Below the pieces are notes generated by a model. That model was not told the origin of the DNA. It did not search any database and was given only the letters and a program-made list of their open reading frames with translations. The position numbers were made by a program, and so were the translations under genes. This document shows, piece after piece, positions 1 through 9,292 of a DNA stretch of 42,755 nucleotides (position 1 is the first letter of the stretch; each line of letters begins with the position of its first letter). The DNA comes from Hypanus sabinus (lineage: Eukaryota): positions 1 to 42,755 of the forward strand of contig NW_026780313.1 in NCBI RefSeq assembly GCF_030144855.1. Reading direction: 5' to 3'.

Positions 1-187
1 GAAGCCTTACTTAACTTTCCTCGAGGTGTCATCCCCAGCGGGGCGAAAGCCACCGAGCCCGACGTTTGTGGCGCTGGGTTTTCACGGGATGGGGTCACAA
101 GTCCCAGAGGCAACTCTCCTCCTTTCGCAATCGGGCTTGTGACCGGCCACGACCGAGTTCCTCCGCTCTCCGCTCTCTTTCCCGCAG

Positions 188-402
188 GCGGGAGCTCGGT
201 GACCGTCCGCCAGACCCCAGCCGCCTACTCCACACTGCTCGGCGGCGGGATGGAGTTGGACTGCACGGCGGAAGCATCGAGCTACTCAAACTTCTTGTAC
301 TGGTACAGACAGTACCCGGGGAGCGGGCCCCAGCTCCTGGTTTACTCGATGAACAACTTACATCTGGAACCGAAGGAAAAAACGGACGGTATGAGGGCCC
401 AG
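188..402 (+). pseudogene. Truncated TCR V segment (V1), divergent paralog of the array family
   Basis: Acceptor ctctttcccgcag ends at 187. Translation: GSSVTVRQTPAAYSTLLGGGMELDCTAEASSYSNFLYWYRQYPGSGPQLLVYSMNNLHLEPKEKTDGMRAQ. Homology stops at about 402, so the second Cys and the RSS are missing. No leader exon is seen in the window. Confidence 0.9.
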
Positions 403-497
403 ATTTGTCACTCAAACGGATGGGCGGGACTCTAGAATGAAGACAGGCTGTGGGTGACAAACAAAGGGGGCGGAGTTGGCGACTCTTCCCGCGCGCA

Positions 498-877
498 AGT
501 GTAGAGGAGGTTCACCAGGTTGATTCCAGAGATGAAGGGGTTAACCTATGAGGAGAGTGCGGGTCGCCTGGGACGATAATCGGTCGATTCAGAAGAGTGA
601 GAGGGGATCTGTCTCATCAGAGAGATAGATAAGATAGAAGTAGGAAAGTTGTTTCCGTTGGTAAGTGAGACGAGAACGATTATTCTCTGAATATACTAAA
701 GACACAGTTTGGTTGTTTTTTACAAAGTAGGGGAATTAAGCGTTATGGGGAAAAGGCAGGTAGATGGAGCTGAGTTTTCGGACAGGTCAGCCATGATCTT
801 ATTGAATGGCGGGGCTGGTTCGATGGGCCAGATGGCCTACCCATGTTCCAATTTCCTATGTATTTATGTTCTTATGT
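498..877 (+). mobile_element. CR1 LINE 3' end fragment
   Basis: agaggaggttcaccaggttgattcc (RRFTRLIP-type) through cagccatgatcttattgaatggcgg and a ttcttatgt tail. Confidence 0.88.
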
Positions 878-1630
878 GATGTCGCCGTGCGGAAACGTTG
901 TCTTTTGCCGTAGACGTTGCGATGTCTGGGAGGTGAATGATATAATCACTCATCTCGGCCTCCTGCTGGAATAACGCAGTCCGGGAGCATTGACCGGGCC
1001 GCTTACCGCAGATGCCGCCCCACCTGCGGAGTCTTTATGCCATGTTCTGGAATGGTTGCGCGGATATTGCAGAGTTTCAGAGGGATAAGCGTGAGATGCT
1101 GGGCCTTGGGGAGATGAACTAAATGGGCGGAGAGTGCAAGAATTGAGCCGGATCCTGGGTTGCTGGACGGCGGTAACAGGTGTTGAGAGGGTGACCAAGC
1201 AGGTTAGTGCCAGCACTCCATTGTAGTAACGAGAGGAGATCGTAGCCTCGGTGGCGTTTGACCAGTGCAAACCCAGTATTCCTGAGAGTCGAGCAGGCAA
1301 TCCTGAGGGGCACTGGTGTGGATAGTCAGCGCACACAGTGTCCGAGAAAAGCAGTTACACCTGGAAAATAAAACACAGACCATAGGAATCTGCAGCATAA
1401 TGTGGTACCGACCATTCAACCTGGTCCAGGAACGGCTTAGAGTTTCCCTAGCGCATAGCCCTCTATGTTCCTAAGCTCCGTGTATCTCTAGAAGAGGCTT
1501 TAAAAGACCCCATTGGAATCGCTTCCAGCGCCATCCGACCCGGCGCTGAAGCAGCCGTTTGACAAGCTGCCCTCCATCAGTCACATCACGGAATTCAGGT
1601 GTGGGACATTACAGAGCAGTTGAGAAGAAA

Positions 1631-2595
1631 ATAGACAATAGACAATAGCGGCAAGGAGTAGGCCATTCGGTCCATCGATCCAGCACCGCCATTCAATGTG
1701 ATCATGTCTGATCATCCACAATCAGTACCCCGTTCCTGCCCTCTCCCCGTATCCCTTGACTCCGCTATCTTTACTCTAACTCTCTCTTGAAAGCATCCAG
1801 AGAATTGGCCTCCACTGCCTTCTGGGGCAGAGCATTCCACATATCCACCACTCTCTGGGTGAAAAAGTTTCTCCTCAACTCCGTTTTAAATGGCCTACCC
1901 CTTATTCGTAAACTGTGGCCTCTGATTCTGGACTCCCGCAATATCGGGGACATGTTTCCTGCCTTCAGCGTGTCCAATCCCTTAATAATCTTATATGTTT
2001 CAACCAGATCTCCTCTCATCCTTCTAAATTCCAGTGTATACAAGCCCCGTCGTTCCAATCTTTCAACGCAACAGCTATATGACAGTCCTGCCATTCCGGG
2101 AATTAACCTCGTGAACCTCCGCAGCACTCCCTCAATTGCAAATATGTCCTTCTTCAAATTTGGAGACGAACACTGAACACAATAGTCCAGGGGTGGTCTC
2201 ACCAGGGCCCTGTACAACTACTGAAGAACCTGTTTGCTCCTGTACACAACTCCCCTTGTTATGAAGGCCAGCATGCCATTAGCTTTCATCACTGCCTGCT
2301 GTACCTGCATGCTTACTTTCAGTGACTGATGTACAAGAACACCTAGATCTATTTGTACTTCCCCTTTTCCTAACTTGTCACCATTCAGATTGTAGTCTGC
2401 CTTCATGTTTTGCCACCAAAGTGGATAACCTCACATTTATCCACATTGAACTGCATCTGCCCACTCACCCAACCTGTCCAGATCACCCTGCATTCACTCA
2501 ACATCCTCCTCATATTTCACACTGGCACCCAGCTTTGTGTCATCTGCAAATTTGCTAATGTTAGTTTTAATCACTTCAGCTAAATCATTAATCTA
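1631..2595 (-). mobile_element. CR1 LINE 3' fragment (RT C-terminus and 3'UTR)
   Basis: Minus-strand peptides RPPLDYCVQ..RRFTRLIPGM..RRMRGDLVETYKI..RNFFTQRVV; (CAATAGA)n tail. Confidence 0.93.
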
Positions 2596-3081
2596 CCGGA
2601 TAATGAGGAAACACAATAGAATTAATGAAACACCAGGCATAAACAAAGACTGAAGGCAAACAACGTGGAAAAGCAGAGAAACCATGTAAATGTCAAGATG
2701 AATAAATCATCCTAAGAATCTGATTGGCAGAGTCCTTGAAAGTGAGTCCTTTGGTTGTGGAGTCAATTTACTGTTGAGGGGAGAAACGGTCCCTTCCTTT
2801 TATGTCAGCTGCGTGGCCCAGCCATTGTTCCGAACAGGATTTGTATAACAAGGCCCGGAAAACCGCGCGGCGCTTTAACGAGACATTCTGATCAATTAAA
2901 TTTCCAGCTGCCCGCCGACGAAGTCGACGTGCGCCGGGGGTATTTCAGTTACTGTCCGGCCGCCCACCCGCGCAGCTTGGAAGTTACGGTGGAGGCGAGT
3001 GAAGACATCCGCCTGGTTCCGGAGCCAGGACCGTTGTAGGAAAACAATTGTTCTTCGGTGAACTACAGAGCCCCGTGTTAC

Positions 3082-3340
3082 NNNNNNNNNNNNNNNNNNN
3101 NNNNNNNNNNNNNNNNNNNNNNNNNNNNNNNNNNNNNNNNNNNNNNNNNNNNNNNNNNNNNNNNNNNNNNNNNNNNNNNNNNNNNNNNNNNNNNNNNNNN
3201 NNNNNNNNNNNNNNNNNNNNNNNNNNNNNNNNNNNNNNNNNNNNNNNNNNNNNNNNNNNNNNNNNNNNNNNNNNNNNNNNNNNNNNNNNNNNNNNNNNNN
3301 NNNNNNNNNNNNNNNNNNNNNNNNNNNNNNNNNNNNNNNN
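3082..3340. repeat. N-run (259 nt) over a probable GA/GT microsatellite upstream of the V2 promoter
   Basis: Same position in every unit; GA-rich residue is visible in units 2/3 and 3/4. Confidence 0.6.
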
Positions 3341-3530
3341 GCTGTTAACATGAATTTCAATAGTGTAGATATAGTGCCTCGGACCGAATTACATTGACCG
3401 TCACATTGATTCTGATTGGTTGAATCAGGGGAAGGGGCGTGGCTTATCTCCGATATATATTGTCGCAACCAAGGGCAAAGAGCGAATTTTCCTCATCCTG
3501 CCTCCCCTTTACCACCTCTTCCCCGTCAAC
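3341..3530 (+). promoter_or_regulatory. Putative V2 promoter
   Basis: CRE-like TGACCGTCA (3395-3403), reverse CCAAT box ATTGG (3415-3419), GC box GGGGCGTGGC (3434-3443) and AT-rich atatatat (3453-3460) lie upstream of the leader ATG. No Ig octamer is seen. Confidence 0.7.
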
Positions 3531-4109
3531 ATGGAGAGAATGAACCGGGAAAAGATGTTTCTGTTTCTGTGGATCGTGTCCTGGTTTGGCTGTTAGTTCA
3601 TTTCGATCACTATCTAATTTCTCCCCTCTCTCGCTTCCTCACATTCATCAGATACTCCATTCTCGATTATTTCTCTTCCCAACTTCCCCCACCCAGCCGA
3701 TAACTGACAGTCTCACTGCCTCGTTACATGTTCGTCTCTTTCCGCCAGTCGCGGCTCCCCACTCGGTCAACACGTCTCTAATTCCTCACCGGTTTTCCGC
3801 TCTCTGTCCACAGGTGGGAACTCGGTGACCGTCAGGCAGACTCCACCCGCACTCTCCGCCATGCCCGGCAGCGGAATGGAGTTACAGTGCACGGCGGATG
3901 GAGGGGGTAATACTGATTACATGTACTGGTACAGACAGTACCCGGGGAGTGGCCCTCAGCTCCTGATCTACTCGATAAACAACGCGCATGCTGAACCGAA
4001 GGAAACAGCGGACGGGTTAACGGCCCAGAGGAAGGACAACCAGTTCAACCTGATTTCTAAAAATTTGACTGCGAATCACTCGGCTCGTTATTTCTGCGCC
4101 TGGAGGCTA
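3531..4109 (+). CDS. TRBV: TCR beta V segment V2, TRBV30-like; join(3531..3591,3814..4109)
   Basis: Leader MERMNREKMFLFLWIVSWFG with Kozak gtcaacATGG. Donor T|GTTAGT at 3592 and acceptor tgtccacag at 3813 give an in-frame phase-1 splice (C-G-N-S-V-T-V-R-Q). V domain has C, WYRQ and YFCAWRL, followed by a 23-RSS. Confidence 0.93.
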
Positions 4110-4148
4110 CACAGCCGCCCGAACAGATGGTGAAGCCGAACAAAAACC
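4110..4148 (+). other. 23-bp-spacer recombination signal sequence of V2
   Basis: CACAGCC + gcccgaacagatggtgaagccga (23 nt) + ACAAAAACC. Confidence 0.97.
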
Positions 4149-4159
4149 TCCAACGTTGC

Positions 4160-4290
4160 CAGAGGGGCGGGGCTGTCAATAAAAAGAGGGCAGGCAGCCT
4201 CCGCACAGAGAAGCGTGACGACAGAGGATGTCAATCAAATGATGGGGCGGTTCTTCCGATCACGGCGGGGATGGCGCCCCCCTCTGGTTA
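4160..4290. promoter_or_regulatory. Post-RSS GC-rich cassette, also present after V3-V7
   Basis: GGGGCGGGGC (4164-4173), ATGTCAATCA (4228-4237), a second GGGGCGG, and GCGCCCCCCTCTGG (4274-4287). Function is inferred only. Confidence 0.5.
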
Positions 4291-4390
4291 GCCTGGTTTA
4301 CAGCATTTAATGTGCTTTTGCACCGGGGGATAATAGGCGCACTTCGCTCCAATAGGAATGAACACGATACAGCCGGCACGGACCTTGCTT

Positions 4391-5110
4391 TTGCCTTATT
4401 TAACACAGTCTGCAGCTCTGATGTTTGAACATTCTCCCCGTTTAGATAATAGTCCTCAATAGACCTCACTATTGTTCCTTTTACCAAAATGCATTATCAT
4501 ACATTTCCCAACGCTGTATTCCATCTGCCAGTTTTCTGGCCATTCTTCCAAGTTGTCTAAATCCTGCTGTAAACGAATTGTCTCCTCAGCACTACCTGCC
4601 CCTCAGCTTATCTTCGGATCATCTTCACTCTTCGAGACAAAGTCATCAATTCAATTATCCAAATAATTGACAAACATTTTGAAAAGTAGCGGTCCCAACA
4701 CTGACCCCTGACGGACATCACTAATCACCGGCAACCAACCAGAAAAGGCCCCTTTTCTTCCCACTCGCTACCTCCTGCCTGTCAGCCATTCCTCCCTCCA
4801 GGCCAGTATCTGACCTGTATCGCCATCGGATTTTATCATGTTTAGCGGCCTCATTTGTGGCGCCTTATCAAATCCAGTGTGAGAATCCAAGTGAATGACA
4901 TCCACTGTCTTTCCTTTGTCCACCCTGTTTGTTACTTCCTCGAAGGACTCTTAGTCACGCAAGATTTTCCTTCACAAAAAAAGAAGTTCTTATTTTATTG
5001 AAAGTCTCCAAAACCCCGAAACCTCATCGTTAATAATGGACGCTAACACCTTCCCAAGCACGACCTTTACGAAGCAGTTGGAATCGCAGGTTGCGCGTCG
5101 CGGTTATAAC
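4391..5110 (-). mobile_element. Decayed CR1 RT fragment
   Basis: Minus-strand DYYLNGENVQ and DDPKISxG..EETIRLQQDLDNLEEW-type remnants (the FADD motif region is degenerate). Confidence 0.8.
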
Positions 5111-6509
5111 CGCGGAGTATGCCCGAGTTCAGAGTTTTCATTGGCCGTCATGTACATTTATATGATTATGAGAGGCGCTGATGGAGTCGTGAGTCAGAGA
5201 TGCTTCCACTGTGTGAATAAATGTCAGGTCCCGGCTCTCATCAGCTTTAGATGAGAGTGAGGAATGTTTTAAGGAACGATTTTCTTGCACGGAAGGTGGT
5301 GTGTCTCCGGAGCGGAAAGACTGGGCGAGATATGGAAGCGTTTCCGATCGAGGTGCATCGATAGACACTTTGAACTTTGCCCAATTGACCTTTGGGATCA
5401 GCTTGAATCTGGTTCATGCACGGAAGCTCACACGGGAAGAATCTTCGCCGCCCATCTGATCCTCGCCGAACAAGATGTCCATTTACACTGATCCCACTTG
5501 ACGGCCTTTGGCGCATGCGCCTATGAGACCGTTACTGTACATCAGCCTGAGGGGCATTTATCTATCCCGGAGTTACGAACTGAATTCTGGCGCTCGATGG
5601 TACTTTCTCCACGTGACTACGTCTGACTCCCCACCCCCATCCCCACCCCACCCAGGAGCTCTGGCTTCACCTCTCAGTTCGAATATCTGCCGCGCTGTAT
5701 CTCTAAATGAAATGAAATAGAAGAAAACACGTAATCGTCAGTGACACTCGGGTGCAGGAATGACAGGGACTTCGGCAATTCAAAACTGAAGCAAAGATGA
5801 TTTAAAAAAATCAACTAGCAAAGCAAAACGGAGCTCAGGTTCACTTCAGAATCTTGAAGGACTGAAAACACTAAGGATACAAGAGGACCTTGGTCAGACA
5901 AGGATTCGGAGCGAACGAGTAAAGAGAGATTAGCAAGACGCACCCGCCCCTATCAGCCCGCTCGAAATACTCCCTTAGGAAATCACGTAGGGATTGATGA
6001 CTACTTAGGCAACATCAGTGACCAGTCGAAGCAACGATCCCCAAAGACAGCAACTGCAATGACGTCCATTCAGAGTACCGTGCTGATTTAATCCCTGCAA
6101 GTTAAGTAAAAGTGTTAAATACGAATAGAGCTTCAAACTCCCCACGATACTAAACGAAACTCCTCCGAAACATGGTCAAATCCCAGAGCTTGTCCAAACA
6201 TAAACAACTAATCATCATCGGGAAGCGGTCGAAGGAACTGCGCATGCCCAGGAGGTTACATTTCGAAACGGCAATCCACACACCAACTGGGGAAAAACAA
6301 TCCTTTCCTTTTCTCTCCAAACAGCGACCTCCTGCTGGCGGCAAGCAGAACAACAGGCGTTCCGTCCACGAAATCTTCGACAAATACCGAGCCGAATTAA
6401 AGCGAATAACGATTGCCATCACCGATTCCTTCACCATCTCCGCACATGCCCGTGTCTCGGATAGAGACAGAGATAGATTACGAAGTAAGTGACACCTGAT
6501 TAGACCGCG

Positions 6510-6935
6510 ATGTTAGAGGGTGGGCAGTAGCACCTTATATTCCATCTGGGCAAATCGAACCTGATAACGTGAGTATCAATTTCTCCTTCCGTTTGAAAGA
6601 AATCTCTCAAGCTCCCCCCTTCTTCCATTCCCCACTGTGATCTCTTACCTCTTCTCACCTGGCTATCACCCCCTACCCCGTGACGGTCCTCCTTTCCTTT
6701 CCCCTTTCGTTCACTCACCTCCCATATCAGATTCCTTCATCACCTGACCCTGACATTTCTCAACCACCTGGCATCTACCGATTCATTTCCTGTCAAACCT
6801 CTTCCTCCTCCCCTTAACTTTTACTTTTGGCTTCTTCTAATTTCCTTCCCGGTCCCGATGAAGCGTCACGGCCCGTGGCGTTCATTTCCATGGATGCTGC
6901 CAGGCGTGCTGATCTCCCCTTTGGATTCCCAGCAT
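6510..6935 (+). mobile_element. Penelope-like element 3' remnant
   Basis: HLIFHLG...INFS resembles the C-terminal HLIFRLG..NIDFS of chondrichthyan PLE GIY-YIG ORFs (recalled). It is followed by a pyrimidine tract and a gatgaag...gatgctgcc tail. Confidence 0.6.
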
Positions 6936-7089
6936 GCGCAGAATCTCTGGCGTTATGATAACGTGTCAAACGTTATGACGCGGCTGAGGGTGCTGCACTA
7001 ACTACGTCACCGATTCTGATTGGTTAACACCGCTGTACAGACAGCACCCGGGGACGGACTTCACCCTTCAGGAGTCGTTGGTTGAAGAA

Positions 7090-9292
7090 TGGGTAGGGCT
7101 GGCAGCTGTGATCCGGGGTTCCGCTTTTGTCGCCGGGAAAGAGCGAGAGGATGAAGTGGTGGTGGGATATCTGGCATTTCCAGTTTTGGAAAATGTCTCG
7201 GCACTGCTCAGTCATTGCAGACTGGGTAGATCGGCCGGTGATTGATCATGGGTAGAACTGAGAAACAAGAAAATATAACCACGTTAACCGGATTATGGTA
7301 TAGAAAGTAAACGGAGTAAATTTCTGGTGACATAGCATCCCGTTACAAGAAAGATAAGGTTGTAATATTAGGTGATTTTAACTTTCGAACTATTGACTGG
7401 GACTCCGTTGTGTAGAAGGTCGAGATCGGAAGCCGTTTGTTAAATGTGTTGAAGAAAGTTTCCTTAACAAGGGCTTTAAAGTCCCAGTTAGTGAGAGCAT
7501 GCGGCTCTCCCCATGAAGTGGTTGGGCGATCGACATCAAAGGCTTCTCCGGAGCGTAACCAAAGATGCACATTTTTAAAAAAGGAGTGTTTTTATTATAT
7601 TATTTGCTGGATCGGCAATGAACTGAACCTGGTCCGTGGGAAATGAACCTGGTCAGGTGTCAGATCTGTCAGTGGGAGAACATTTTGGAGATAGTGATCA
7701 TAATTCGATCTCCTTTCCAACAGCATTGGAGTGAGATAGGAACAGACAAGTTGGAAAAGTGTTTAATTGGAGTAAGGGGAATTCTGAGGCTCTCAGGCAG
7801 GAACTCGGAGGCTTAAATTGGAAACAGATGTTCTCAGGGAACAGTACGGAAGAAATGTGGCAAATATTCTGGGGATATTTGTGTGGAGTTATGTATAGTT
7901 ACGTTCCAATGAGAGGGAAGTTATGGTCGGGTGCAGGAACCGTTGGGTACAAAGGCTGTAATTAATGTAGTCAAGAAGAAAAGGAAAAATTACAAAAGGT
8001 TGAGAGAGCTAGGTAATGTGAGAGATGTAGAAGGATATAAGGCTACTAGGAAGGAGTTTAAGAAGGAAATTAGGAGAGCCAGAAGGGGCCATGAGAAGGC
8101 CATGGAGGGCAGAATTAAGGAAAACCCCAAGGCATTCTACAGGTATGCGAAAAGGAAGAGGATAAGACGTGAAAGAAGAGGACCTATCAAGTGTGACAGT
8201 TGGAAAGTGTGGATGGAACCGAAGGAAATAAAAGAGGGACTTAATGAATACTTTACTTCAGTATTCACTGTGGAAAAATGATCTTGGAGATTGTCGTGAT
8301 GACTTCCAGCAGACTGAAAAGCTTGAGTATAAAGCTATTAAGAAAGAGGATGTGCTGGAGCTTCTGGAAAGCATCAAGGTGGATAGGTCGACGGGAACGG
8401 TTGCAATGTACCCCAGGCTTCTGTGGGAGGCAGGGGTGGAGATTGCCGAGCATCTGGCGATGATCTTTGCATCATCAATGGGGACGGGGGAGGATTCCGA
8501 GGACTGGAGTGTTGTGAATGTTGTTCCTTTATTCAAGAAAGTGAGTAGGTATAGCCCAGGAAACTATAGACCAGTGAGTCTTATCTCAATGGTTGGTAAG
8601 TTGATGGAGAAGAACCTGGGAGACAGGATTTATGAACATGTGTAGATGTACAGTATGATTAGAAGGTATAATGTGTTTAGGAGTAGTCACCATGGCTTTC
8701 TAAAGGGCAGGTCGTGCTTTACGAGCCTCAATGAATTTATCAGGGTATGACTAAACACATTGATGCAGGAAGAGCGGTGGATGTAGTGTATATGGATTTC
8801 AGCAAGATATTTGCTAAGGTACCCCATGCAAGGCTTTTTGACAAGGTAAGTAGGCATGGGATCCAAGGGGACATTGCTATGTGGATCCACAACTGGCTTG
8901 TCCACAGGCGACACGTTTTGTAAGGCTGAGACTTGGCATGTTCCGCCTTTCCATAATGGCCGATTTAGTAAACGTTTCAGGAGAATTCTCTTGTCCACTC
9001 CCCGTAAGTTCAGGGCAGTAGATTTAGGATGGAGATGCGGAGAAAATGTTTTTCCCCAAGAGTGGTGAATCTGCGGAATTCCCTGCCCCGGAAAGCAGTT
9101 GACGGTTCTTCACTAAACATATTTAAGACACAGTAAGATAGGTTTTTACATAGTAGGAGGATTAAGGGTTCTGGGGAAAAGGAGCTGAGTTTACGGACAG
9201 ATCAGCCATAATCTTATTGAATGGCGGGGCTGTTTCGATGGGCCGGATGGCCTACCCATTTTCCAATTTCCTATGTATTTATGTTCTTATGT
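7090..9292 (+). mobile_element. Decayed, internally deleted CR1 ORF2 (endonuclease to RT) with 3'UTR
   Basis: WVELRNKK, VILGDFNFRTIDW, GEHFGDSDHNSI, PGNYRPVSL, HGFLKGRSC and MDFSK motifs with many stops and frameshifts; ttcttatgt tail. Confidence 0.92.

Noticed and set aside
1334-1372. Perfect heptamer CACAGTG recurring once per full unit (also 9749 and paralogs); possible D segment or cryptic 12-RSS
   Set aside because: The 12-spacer nonamer is AGTTACACC or ATTTACACC, lacking the A-tract, and the 23-spacer position is worse. There is no upstream inverted RSS. It lies in decayed repeat and recurs only because of duplication.
950-1419. Overlapping minus-strand ORFs (MCADYPHQ..., MPLRIACS...) repeated in each unit
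   Set aside because: They fall in a heavily decayed block with CR1 RT-like and PLE-tail-like pieces, and their starts and lengths vary between copies.
2896-3468. Long ORFs spanning the N-runs
   Set aside because: Artefacts of translating N as X.
3586-3828. ORFs running through the leader-V intron (MAVSSF..., MDRVL...)
   Set aside because: They are out of frame with the V exon and end at the TGA overlapping the V start. The GT-AG spliced leader explains the gene.
3814-4109. IgH, IgL, IgNAR or NAR-TCR V identity
   Set aside because: No promoter octamer, no non-canonical cysteines or CDR2 deletion as in NAR domains, no closely linked D/J as in shark Ig clusters, and the CAWS terminus fits TCR-beta.
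4204-4243. Second heptamer-like CACAGAG downstream of the V2 RSS
   Set aside because: No nonamer at 12 or 23 spacing, and it reads CACTGAG in most other copies.
6172-6492. 106-aa ORF MVKSQSLSKHK... open in four units
   Set aside because: No recognisable domain, promoter or splice context. It is broken by deletion in unit 3, and persistence is explained by recent duplication.
6851-6885. Possible hammerhead ribozyme in the Penelope-like tail (cccgatgaagcgtcacggcccgtggcg)
   Set aside because: The position matches the CUGANGA...GAAA hammerhead of PLE tails, but the GAAA core is absent (gtggc) and the CUGA box is mutated in all five copies. It is a dead remnant.
7090-9292. Active or autonomous CR1
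   Set aside because: Multiple stops, frameshifts and large internal deletions; no ORF1 or intact RT.
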